Shown: positions 52,848 through 64,000 of the stretch, piece after piece
Layout of the letters: the number at the start of each line of letters is the position of its first letter
How positions within the stretch are numbered: the first letter of the stretch is position 1
Assembly: GCA_013239625.1 (NCBI GenBank)
Contig: MU054187.1
Span: 21,579,280-21,643,279 of the forward strand
Direction of reading: 5' to 3'
Source: Lama guanicoe
Taxonomy: Eukaryota
Length of the DNA stretch: 64,000 nucleotides
Notes under the pieces: model-generated
Databases searched by the model: none
Seen by the model: the letters and a program-made list of their open reading frames with translations, nothing else
What the model was told of the DNA's origin: nothing
Made by a program: the position numbers and the translations under genes

Positions 52848-52959
52848 AAAAATGACTAATTATTAGGGAAATGCAAAATCAAAACCATAATAAGGTATCA
52901 CCTCACAACCGTTAGAATGGCTGTTATCAAGAAAGCAAGAAATAACAAGTGCTGTTTTA

Positions 52960-55048
52960 TGTATATAGATGTAAAATATTTTATGAATATAGATGCAAAA
53001 ATCCTCAACAAAATACCAGCAAATTGACTCCAAAACTGCAGTAAAAGGATCATAAACCATAATTAAGTGGGATTTATCCCAGGGATGCAGGGAGTTTTCA
53101 GTATCTGCAACTCAATCAATGTGACATACCACATTAACTGAAGAATAAAAGGCATATGATTATTTCAGTAGATGCAGAAAAAGCTTTTGATAAAATTCAA
53201 CATCCGTTTATGATAAAAACTCTCCAGAAAGTGGGCATAGATTAAACATACCTCAATATAATAAAGGCTATATATGACAAATCCACAGATAACATCATAC
53301 TTAATGGGGAAACGCTGAAAGCATTTCCTCTAAGATCAGGAACAAGACAAGGATGCCCACTCTCACCACTCTTATTAAACATAGTTCTGGAAGTCCTAGC
53401 CAGAGAAATCAGAGAAGAAAAAGAAATAAAAGAAATCCAAATTGGAAATGAAGAAGTAAAACTGTTACTGTTTGCAGATGACATGATACTATACTACACA
53501 TAGAAAACCCTAAAGAAGTGACCAGAAAACTACTAGAACTTGTCAATGAATTTAGTAAAGTTGCAGGATACAAAGTTAACATACAGAAATCAGTTGCATT
53601 TCTATATACTAACAATGAAATAGCAGAAAAAGAAGGAAACAGTACCATTTACCATCACACCAAAAGGCATAAAATGCCCAGGAATGGACCTATCCAAGGA
53701 GGCAAAAGACCTGTACTCTGAAAGCTAAAAGACACTGATGAAAGAAATTGAAGGTGACATAGACAAATGGAAAGACATACTGTGTTCTTGGATTAGACGA
53801 ATCAATATTGCTAAAATGCCCATACTACCCAGGGCAATGTGTAGATTCAGTGCAATCCCTGTCAGGTTACCAATGACATTTTTCACAGAGCTGGACCAAA
53901 AAATGTTAAAAATCTGCATGGAAACACAAAGACCCCAAATAGCCAAAACAATCTTGATAAAGAAGAACAGAGCTGGATGAATCACACTCCCTGGCTTCAG
54001 GCTATACTACAAAGCTACAGTAATCAAAACAGTGTGGTGCTGGCACAAAAACAGACACATAGATCAATAGAACAGGATAGAAAGCCCAGAAATAAACCCC
54101 CATATTTATGGTCAATTAATCTGTGACAAAGGAGGCAAGAATACACAATGGAAAAAAGATAATCTCTTCAATAATTGTGCTGGGAACACTGGAAAGCTAC
54201 CTGTAAAAGACTCAAATTAGAACATTCCCTCACACTATATACAAAAAATAAACTCAAAAGGGATTAAGGGCTTAAATATAAGACCAGATACTATAAAACT
54301 CCTACAGGAAAACATAGACTGAACACTCTTGGACATAAATCACAACAATATATATTTTGAACCAGCTCTTGGAGTAATGGAAATAAAAACAAAAATAAAC
54401 AAATGTTGATCTAATTCAACTGAAAAGCTTTTGTACAGCTAAGGATACCATCAATAAAATGAAAAGACAGCATACAGAATGGGAGAAAATATTTGCAAAT
54501 GATGTGACCGACAAGGGACTAATTTCCAAAATATATAAACAGCTCATATACCTTAATATCAAAAAGGCAGGCAACCCAATCAAAAGATGGGTAGAGGACC
54601 TGAATAGACATCTCTCCGAAGAATACAGACAGATGACCAACAGGCATATGAGAAGATGCTCAACATCTGTTAGAGAAATGCAAATCAAAACTGCAATGAA
54701 AGATCACCTCACACTGGCCAGAGTAGCCATCATTAAAATGTCTACAAACGATAGGTGCTGGAGAGGGTGTGGAGAATAGGGAAACTTCCTACACTGTTGG
54801 TGGGAATGTGAATTGGTCCAGCCACTGTAGAGGACAGTATGAAGTTTCCTTAAAAAACTAAAAATAGACTTACCATATGATCCAGTGGTCATGCTCATGG
54901 GCATATACCTGGAGAAAAAAATAATTCAAAAAGACACACGCACCCCAACATTCATAGCAGCACGGTTTACAATAGCCAAGACATGGAAACAACCCAATGT
55001 CCATCAACAGATGATTGGATAAAGAAGAAGTGAGATAGATAGATAGAC

Positions 55049-55081
<33 letters not shown>

Positions 55082-55262
55082 AACACACAATGTAATACTA
55101 CTCAGCCATAAAAAAAGAATAAAATAATGCTATTTGTGGCAAAATGGATGGACCTGGAGATCATCATTCTAAGTGAAGCAAGCCAGAAAGAGAAAGGAAA
55201 ATGCCATATGATATCACTTATATGTGGACTCTAAATAAAAAAGGACACAAATGAACTACTTA
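52960..55262 (+). mobile_element. Second LINE-1 (RT domain to start of 3'UTR) nested in the first
   Basis: Restarts upstream in ORF2 (GATGCAAAAATCCTCAAC); CTGTTTGCAGATGACATG = LFADDM near 53468; CWRGC motif near 54756; frameshifts present. Confidence 0.92.
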
Positions 55263-57639
55263 TTATTTATAACTTAAAAGACTGATTTCCTGAATATGTA
55301 TAAGTTCATTTGATTGTCTTTTATGATTGGATTACTGCATTCTGTTGATTCTTATTTGTGGCTGGCTTTATTCTTTTGATAACTATGGAAGCTTAAAAAG
55401 CTAAAACTCTAAACTGTTCTTAGAAACAATGAGCAGTACATATATGTAAATTTTTTAATGTGCAGTATATGTAATATATTGTATCTGTGTAGTCAAATTG
55501 TATCAATTTTACCTAATAAACCTGAAAAGTGAAAAAAATAACAACATTAAAAACAGAACAAAGAAGAAGATGGATAAAAAGGAATACTTGTGCACTGCTG
55601 GTGGGAAGGTAAATTGCGGAAACTACTATGGAAAACAGAGTGGAGATTTCTCAAAAAAAGTAAAGACAGAATTACCATATGATCCTGCTATTCCACTTTT
55701 GGGTGTGAAATACGTTACAATCCATTTGAATGATAATCCAAAGAACAGAGATGATAGGTAGATAGTTGGATGGATAGGTAAATAGATAGACAGAGATAGA
55801 GTGATAGAGAGATAGACAGATATGCTGAAATATCAGTTTGCTTAAAACATGAAAAATTGCCCAATATTGGGCAATACCAGCTACATCTCAGGGGACATAA
55901 TTTGCCTTTCTAACAGAGAAGAATCATTTACATCTTTACCAGTATTCTACTACCTAAAAGCTGTAAAATAGCTTTAGACCTACAATATATAACCTGGAAG
56001 TGTGTTGGACAATGCAATTTTACATTGAGGACACCCTACTATCTTTTTTGTCCATTTCTGTCTCTTACATTTTTTTCTGTAACATCATTCTAATGCATTG
56101 ATATGTTAGAGCACTAATGCATTTTCTATAAAAATATTACTTCTATAAATTTGGCAGCAGGTGTTTTCTCTGGGCATCCTCCTAAACATTGATTGTTATT
56201 CAAACTTGTTTTATAAAAACATGGTCTATAAACAGGGTCTCCAAAATTATTTATTCAAAAACTATACTTCAATGTTTTGAAATGTTAAACGTAAATTTTA
56301 AAAATGAGATAAGGCACTAAATGGGGGCTGTAGTTAATTATGTTATCAGTTCTTAACATAAAAAATATTTGCTATGCCTTTTTTACTACTTCTGTAGCTT
56401 CCTTCTAAATACTTCTAAAAAGAGCAAGAAAAATAAATTATTAGACATCTAATTATCTGTAAGGGACCATGGTGAATGCCATCATATTTAAACAGAAACC
56501 TAAACAAAACAGTGCAATTTAAACAAGAAAATTTTTTTATGGTACTATTTTTTTCTTTCATGGGCCCATTGTGTAACACTTAACTCCAGGTTTCTCTGGG
56601 AATTCTGTTTCTTATTGAAATGGTTCGGCTTTCTCATTAAAACAATTCACCCAAACTCATTTACACATAAGCATATCTGTGTGGGGAGTGGAATTAGTGA
56701 GTTGCCTAGACAAGATGTCTAGGGACAAAACATCTATTTCTTGAATTATGCATTAAGATCTGGGAAAATCCTTTAACAAACATTGTCCTCAGGGTCCTCC
56801 TGTGAAAATGCGTATATGGACAAGATCAGAATTTCTCTGTCTTTGCGGCAGCATAAAACTCTCTTCAAAGAAAATGTTGCACCGATAAGCAGGGCTTCTT
56901 CAGTTAAAGAGAAAGAGGAAGCAGAGCATTGCCAGCTTGAACCCTCATCTACTTCCCAGGCAACTCAGACACCCTAAAGGAAGTACTCAAGATTGCACAA
57001 AAACACAGTGTGAAGTCCATGAGAAATATAATTGCTAAGATCCATTCCAATGCTCAAACTTCCATGAAAATTCTATAATGTGTTCCTACTGCTTAGGTTG
57101 TTCAGTTAGACCAAATGGAGACTCAAATGAAAAAGGATAAACTGGTACAAACACACAGCAGAGGATAGTTTCTGTTATCTGTTATCTGTAATATGAAGAA
57201 ATGAGAAAAAAAAAGACAAAGTTATGCCATTTTAACTCATTCTCAATCCCTTCACGTCTCATGATATAATCAAAACCAAATATCAACTGAAGATAGAGTA
57301 GTATTAGAAAAAATAAAATAATCATAATATAGGTCACATTGACTATGAGCATTTAGCTGTGATGATATGTGTATATACACATATATCTCCACACATTCGC
57401 ATGTTACATATTCATACATCCATACATACTCATTCCTACAATGTATATTAATACATTTATACATATTCCTCTTCCAAAGTTTTCCTTGATTAATTCATTT
57501 TGGGGACGTCTAAGTCCCGAACTAGATTCTAAGACCCCTTAAAGCCACTGCACATATATACTGATGTCAGGTATGCCTTGGTGACCCTTATTAATCCAAT
57601 AGTTTGAACAACTTAAGAAAAGTTGGAAACAACAAAACC

Positions 57640-58245
57640 TAATCCACGCTGCACAGGATGACAAGAGCCATCTGTTTAAAAAGTAAATTTGATTACACGA
57701 TTAGTGTGCTTAAAATGCTCCGTAGCTTCCCAGTTCCCCTAGACTCAATATGTAATCCAAGACCTTGCATGACTTGGCCCCTGTGGACATCACCAGCCTC
57801 ATCATGTTCCACTGTCCCTCCCACTTCTGCTTCTGAAGTGGCAGCTTGGCCTTCTCTCAGTTCCATGCTCTTTCCCATGTCATTGTGACCTTAACTATGC
57901 CATCCCTCAGCCTAGAAAACATACCTTTTTCAGCCAGCTGCTTTAACAGTCTATTCATCCTGCACACTTCAGGTTGGACCTCCCTTCCCCAGAGAAGTCT
58001 TTCTTGACCCAGTCCACGTAAGATGACCCAACATATATTCCAATAGCATCTTATATCTTTTCGCAAAACTGTGCATATTTGAAACTATCTAATGCATCAC
58101 TTATAATTATTTGTTTTATTCCTGAATTCTTGTTGCCAGTCAATTCCGTGTGGACGGGGCCATGTATATCTTGTTTACCTCCGTAGCCCCAGAACTTCTC
58201 AAAGTAACCGGCATGTGGCACATATTCAATAAATATTTATTGACT
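57640..58245 (+). mobile_element. LINE-2 3' fragment
   Basis: TAATCCACGCTGCAC...GGCTTCCC-like block...GGCACATATTCAATAAATATTTATTGA end. Confidence 0.75.
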
Positions 58246-58859
58246 ACAAAGTGCACTTAGAAATTTTACAAATTTCTGAATTCATTTCTTAATGGCTTGT
58301 AATGGTTTTTAACTCACTTTCTTATAACCAAATTTTTAAAATTTTTAATTTTCTCTGATTGTAAAAGATTTTATGATACCTTCAAATTCTTGAATTAAAT
58401 GGAATGTTCTGAATATATATGCTTTTATAGAGCCATCTAGTGTTCATTTTGTTTAGTGAAGCTAAAAATAAAATAAGGTCAAAAAGTAACAATGTGCTTA
58501 ATAGTGAGGAATACATAATCTCCGTCTGGCAGTAGCAATTTAACGCATCAATTGGCCACTAGAGTAACTTTATTTCCTGAGCTTCCACTGCCCTTCACCA
58601 TATGGACACTGTATTAGTCATTCTAGAATTCTGGTAATTAAATGTTTGATGAGAGATCTTCAGCTAATGTGATCTATTGAACAAAGGTCCTGCTACCTGC
58701 TCCCTCCTGAAACCTAAAAATGTCAGGAAAGAAATTAAATACGCATAAACATATAAGGATAAAGAGAAGAAGACAGGAAATAGCAGAGAAGAAGCGTAAT
58801 GAAATTTTGGAACTTAACAAAAAGAAGAATGGCTGGTAACTGACATCACCACTAGAGAA

Positions 58860-59480
58860 AAGGAAAACAAAAACACTAATTCAAAGAGATACATGCACTC
58901 AAATATTCACAGCAGCACTATTTACAATAGTCAAGATATAGAAGCAATCTAAGTGTCCATCAGCAAGTGAATGGATAAAGAAGTGGTGTGTGTGTGCATG
59001 TGTGTGTATATATGTATTTTATTGTATATATATATATATATATATAATAAAATTTTACTCAGCCATAAAAAATAACGTAATTTTGCCATTTTCAACAACA
59101 CGATGGACCTGGGTGGTTTTATGCTTAGTGAAACAAGTCAGATGGAGAAAGATAAATTATGTATGGGTCTTTTATATGTGGAACATAAAAATAAAATAAA
59201 CAAATAATAAATAAAACAGAAACACACTCACAGTACAAACTAGTGGTTACCAGTGTAGAGAAGGAAGAGGGAAGGTGCAAAATAAAGGTAGGGGGTTAAA
59301 AGGTACAAACTACCATGTATAAAATAAACAAGCTACAAGGATGTATTGTACATTACAGGGAATAAAACCAATATTGTATGGAAATTTTAAGTGGAATATA
59401 AGCTATAAAAATATTGAATCACTATGTTGTACAACTAAAACTAACATAATACTGTAAGTCAACTATACCTCAATGAAAAT
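58860..59480 (+). mobile_element. LINE-1 3' end
   Basis: AACACTAATTCAAAGAGATACATGCAC...GTCAACTATACCTCAAT. Confidence 0.9.
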
Positions 59481-60083
59481 AGCAGACTAATATCTTTATC
59501 ATTCTTGACTTTTAAATTATATATACACATATATAATTTTAATTATTTTATATCTTATATTTTTCTTTTCTTTCTTTCTTATTGTGCACTCCTACACTGA
59601 GCTACTTTGCAAGGCAATACATTTTCAGGTTCTCTCTAAAAGGTACCAGTGTTGATAGCCTCCTTTGATTTCATTTGGAATTTCAATCATGTGATATTGA
59701 AAACAAGGATTCAATGTTTTAAGACATGCACAAAATATCCCTCACCACTTTTGCAAAATTTCCCCACCAATAGTTGCTTGTGTGTACTGGCCAATTTGGT
59801 TCTCTCTGTGGGGATATTTTTGTGATGTCTGGCAACACCAAGCACCTGTCCTGAAAGACATTGCAATTTGCTACCAGAATTTTTCCCAGTAGCTCCTTTA
59901 AAACTGACAGCCAGTTCCTGGTGTCTTGTAGCAGCCTCTTTGAATCTCTCCACCTAATTGGTTTTTTGGGTTACGATGTGAGCCAGGACTTTACTGAGGG
60001 CTGCCTGTCAAGTATGATGAGCCGTCAGCTAGGGCATTTCTTTTAGCCTGGGTGTTCTGCCTTTTGTATGGACCCTTATTTTT

Positions 60084-60241
60084 TCACATTAATTAATTAA
60101 TTTATTGTTTGTTTTGGAGGTTTTTTTGGGGGGGTAGGTAATTCAATTTGTTTGTTTATTTTTAATGCTGGTCCTAGGGATTGAACCCAGGACCTCGTGC
60201 ATGCTAAGCATGCACTTTACCACTGAGCTATCCCCGCCCCC
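60084..60241 (-). mobile_element. tRNA-Ala-derived SINE (vic-1 type)
   Basis: Minus strand GGGGGCGGGGATAGCTCAGTGGTAAAGTGCATGCTTAGCATGCACGAGGTCCTGGGTTCAATCCC; degenerate TSD TGGACCCTTATTTTT / TGGATCTGTATTTTT. Confidence 0.9.
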
Positions 60242-61062
60242 TGGATCTGTATTTTTATAGTAGTCACCTTTGTAGAAATGTCTTAAATGGTCTAATCACT
60301 TTAAATTGAGATTTCTACAGACATTAAAGGAAAAAAATCTCTCCTGTTTATAGCATTCCCAAATCCGGGACTGCTCCAAAGGCATAACTGTTATCCATGT
60401 ATATATCACCTCTATGATTAGCACTTTCTAACTGTCAGGCTCTGGTGAGCGTGCTAAGATCTGCTGTCTGGGCTGACTTGCATCTCATGTCTTGGGGTCC
60501 TTAATCTAAATGTTGGGCTCCCTCCTGTTGTAATCCAAAAAATACGCATTTCCCAGCAGATGACAGGTCCGTAAAGATCTTTTCCAGGACAAGACTCTCA
60601 TGGACAAAACAAGACAAGTATAGCTAAAGTTTTCATAAGGTCTTTTGCTAAGTTACCAAAGGCAAAATGCATCCAAACGATGCCATTCTGAGGGGGAAAC
60701 CTAAACTCATCAGGCCCCAGGGCTGACTTGAATAGTAGAGCTCATGGCACCTGTACCCAACCTCTTCTCTTTGAATGTCCTCTAATAGAATCACAACAGA
60801 GAATGACAAAGACAAACAGAGAAAATAGTATTATTACTGAAAAGGCAGTTCCACCAAGGAAAAAACTTTCAAATCTGATCATGTAATGAAATGATTCTTA
60901 AAAGATATCTAATTTCCTAGGAGACACAATTAATTTAGCACTTGGTAACACAACAAAAAGTGAATCATGAGTCAGGCCCAAAGAGATCTTTATCCCACCA
61001 TTGCAATCAGAGATACCCCCAAGCAAGAGGCTCAGGGAAGCTCCGGGAAGCCCACTGGTTTT

Positions 61063-61291
61063 TGTTGTTATTGTTGCTTTGTATTGTTTGTTTGTTTTTA
61101 TTGAAGTGCAGTCAGTTACAATGTGTCAATTTCTAGCGTACAGCACAATGTCCCAGTCATACATATACATACATATATTCGTTTTCATATACTCTTTTTC
61201 ATTAAAGGGTATTACATGATACTGAATACAGTTTCCTGTGCTAAATAGAAGAAATCTGGGGTTTTTTAAATCTATTTTTATATACAGGCAT
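61063..61291 (-). mobile_element. Short LINE-1 3' tail
   Basis: TTTTATTGAAGTGCAGTCAGTTACAATGTGTC..., similar to the reverse complement of 3150-3305; TSD ACTGGTTTT at 61054-61062 and 61292-61300. Confidence 0.85.
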
Positions 61292-62519
61292 ACTGGTTTT
61301 GAGTTGAGGGTCTGGGGCTATGGCACTGACATTTTCTTACATGGATCTTGGTAGAACTTCCGCATTGTCAAGTTCAAAAAATACCACCAACGCTTTGTTA
61401 AACTTTTGCTTAATCAAGCAAAGCTGGTTTATTAGAATTTACTTAAGTGAGGTGGAATTTCACTTTGATTGTTTTAGAAATCAAGTATACAAAAAAGAAA
61501 ATGGTATGCTTTGAAGATCTTCACTTTGCTAATTTCTGATGCTAGTTAATTTCTCTCTCCCTCCCTCCCTCTCTCTCTCTGTCTCTTTTTAAACACACCT
61601 TAGAGGAAAGCAGTCTGGCCATATATTTGAATCCATCTTAAATGGATCATAGATTAGGAAAAAGTGGTCTTTTGTGAATTCAGATCTATCTATATCTGGT
61701 CACATAAAATTGGTCAAGACAGGGCAGCTCTACCACACACTCCCAATGCTATGTGAAATGCCAGGTGAGGTTTAGGAACCCACAGGAGGCATACATTCTT
61801 GTCGTCTTCTGCTAGTCAGTAAATGGTAAAATAACCAATATGTGCATAATACACCACCCGAGAATTTTCTTTTTCTTGAATATTTTGCTTTTCTGACTTT
61901 ACATGTATTTTACGGAAGGTATGCAGATGTGAGATATTATTCATAAGTTAATTTTGAAACAAAATCACTATTACTCTCATATCAAGCTTCTGGATCAATT
62001 TAGTAGAAAGATATCCTGAAATTACTAGCAAATTGTTAAATATCAGTTTTTAGTCTGTCAAAAACACCAGGTAAAATTGTGAAAATAATAAAAAAAGAGA
62101 TAGGAGAGAGAGAAGTTTAATGTGGAGTTTTCAACCTTTGATCACTTTTTTCATATAAAATTCACTGAGGTAATACACAAATAACTTAGTAAATTTCATT
62201 TCAAACAAAAATTTATTTTATACTTTGATCTCTTTTATATGATAACTATTCAAAGCATCTCTCTCTAATCTTTCCAAAACAAGTTACTAAAGTAATTTCT
62301 TCCAATATGTGTCCAAAGATAGAGATTTTAGATTGCATCCATTGCAAAACTTCAATTACTTAGAGTTTAGAGAAAATTGAATATTCAGGCCAATACAATT
62401 TAATGGTTAACTAAATATCAACCTATACTGTCAATATAGATGTCAAAGTTTGAATAAATACCTCTAATAAATAAATGAATAAATGCCTATTTGGAAACTA
62501 TGTATGTGTATGTCTGTTT

Positions 62520-63370
62520 TACTTTTATTTTTAATAAGTTCACACTACAAAAAAGTTGCAAAGATAGTAAAAGGAATTCCTACATAGCCTTCAACCAGAT
62601 TCACCAATTGTAAACATTGTTATCAGCTTTGTTTTATCATTCTTTCTCAAATATATAATCATTTGAGAGTCTACTATAGCTATCTTGTCCCTTTTCCTCT
62701 AAATTCTTCATATATAATTGCAAAGAAAATGGACTTTCTTGTAAACAGGTGTAACACACTTAACAGAAAAAGGAAGTTTAACATTAATACAATACTGTTA
62801 CCTAATATGCAGCCCACATTCAAATTATATCAGTTGTCCCAATATTGTCCTTATGCCGTTTTTCCCAATCCAGGATTCAATCCAAGATCAAACATTGCAT
62901 TTACTTGTCATGTGTTTTCAGTCTCTCTAAACTTACAAATTACGTCAACATTTTTTATTTTTCATGACATTAGCATTTTTTTAAGTATAGTCATTTTTGT
63001 AGAGTGTCCCTGAACTTGGAATTCTCTGAAGTTTCTTTGTGGTTAGATTCAGGCCATGCATTTTTGTCAGGAATAACCACTTGTTGTCAGTTGTTCCATT
63101 ACTACATAAGTATGCTTTGAAAACTTGGCTAAGATGGAATTCTTCCGTTTTGTTCAATGTGGTTACTATTTTTTCTTTTGATGTTAGTAAGCAATTTCTA
63201 GGAAGAAACTTTGGAACTGTTTAAATATTTTCTTATCAAATTTTTATCCAAATTTTAGCAGCCACTGCACATTCTTGTTTGAATCAATTATTATGATGAC
63301 TGCAGCACAACAATTTTTTAACATCATTATTTCTTCTGATTGTATAAATCTGCATTCTATTGTGCAGAGT
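62520..63370 (-). mobile_element. Old LINE-1 3'UTR (L1MC/L1ME-like)
   Basis: AAAAAGTTGCAAAGATAGTA...TTCAACCAGATTCACCAATTG...TCCAGGATTCAATCCAAGATC...TTAGATTCAGG. Confidence 0.75.
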
Positions 63371-64000
63371 TTTTAAATTTCTGGTACAAAACTGGATCCT
63401 TGTAATCAACCTCTCTGCCATGTGAAATTAAAAAAATAGCATTATTTGGCTCTAAATCTGATTTTACAGTATTTTCTTTTAAAAAATTAAAAAGTTCTTC
63501 TGAGATAAAAGTGAAGTCTACCAAGCATAATGTTGGTAAAGTACAAATCCAATATTTCTTTAACGTTAAACATTAAATTCCAGCATTGTCCTTTTTTAAC
63601 TTAGTTGTATTTTTGTGTGTTCACCAATTAACATGACCTATAATTTTTAAAACACATTAACTACAGTATTTTTGAAAAACAGAAAAGTCTGAGTAAAGGC
63701 ATGTGGTTCCTAAGATGAGTGCTTGTTAAATCTCAGATAGGCTTACAGCTAATTCCCACATTTTACAGAAAAGGAAATAAAATCCCCAAATGGACAAGTT
63801 AGTTACATATGGTCACATCAGTAATTAATTAACAAAAAAAGCAAGACCAGAGAAGAGGTCCCCTGTTTTCTATGTGTTAAATTATCTAAAAGGAATATTA
63901 ATTAACAAAAATAAAATTTTATAACACAAAATGGTTTAAAAAAAAGGTTTCAGATTTCTCTTCAGATAGTTATATGAAGTCTTTTGAGAGTCAAATAGGA

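Noticed and set aside
1..64000. CRISPR arrays, operons, rRNA or other prokaryote-type systems
   Set aside because: Mammalian repeat-rich DNA with no regularly spaced repeats and no dense coding

Overview
AT-rich, CpG-poor mammalian genomic DNA, roughly half of it recognisable interspersed repeat. It contains many LINE-1 pieces, L2, MIR, ERV1/ERVL-MaLR LTR elements and hAT/Tc-mariner fossils. Three tRNA-Ala-derived SINEs of the camelid vic-1 type suggest an alpaca, llama or camel genome. No complete protein-coding gene is present, and nearly all ORFs in the track are repeat-derived or chance. The window looks like large-intron sequence of an unidentified minus-strand gene. Support: a well-formed 9-nt microexon candidate (4478-4486), a candidate alternative first coding exon with a MEF2/TATA-like site (28611-28814), and L1s that lie mostly on the + strand. 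Notable retrotransposition structures are a twin-primed L1, a very young L1 with a perfect TSD, and a nested L1 stack containing a probable retrocopied mRNA 3' end. Repeat family names come from remembered consensus motifs, and boundaries without TSDs are approximate. I found no evidence for a genuinely new biological system.
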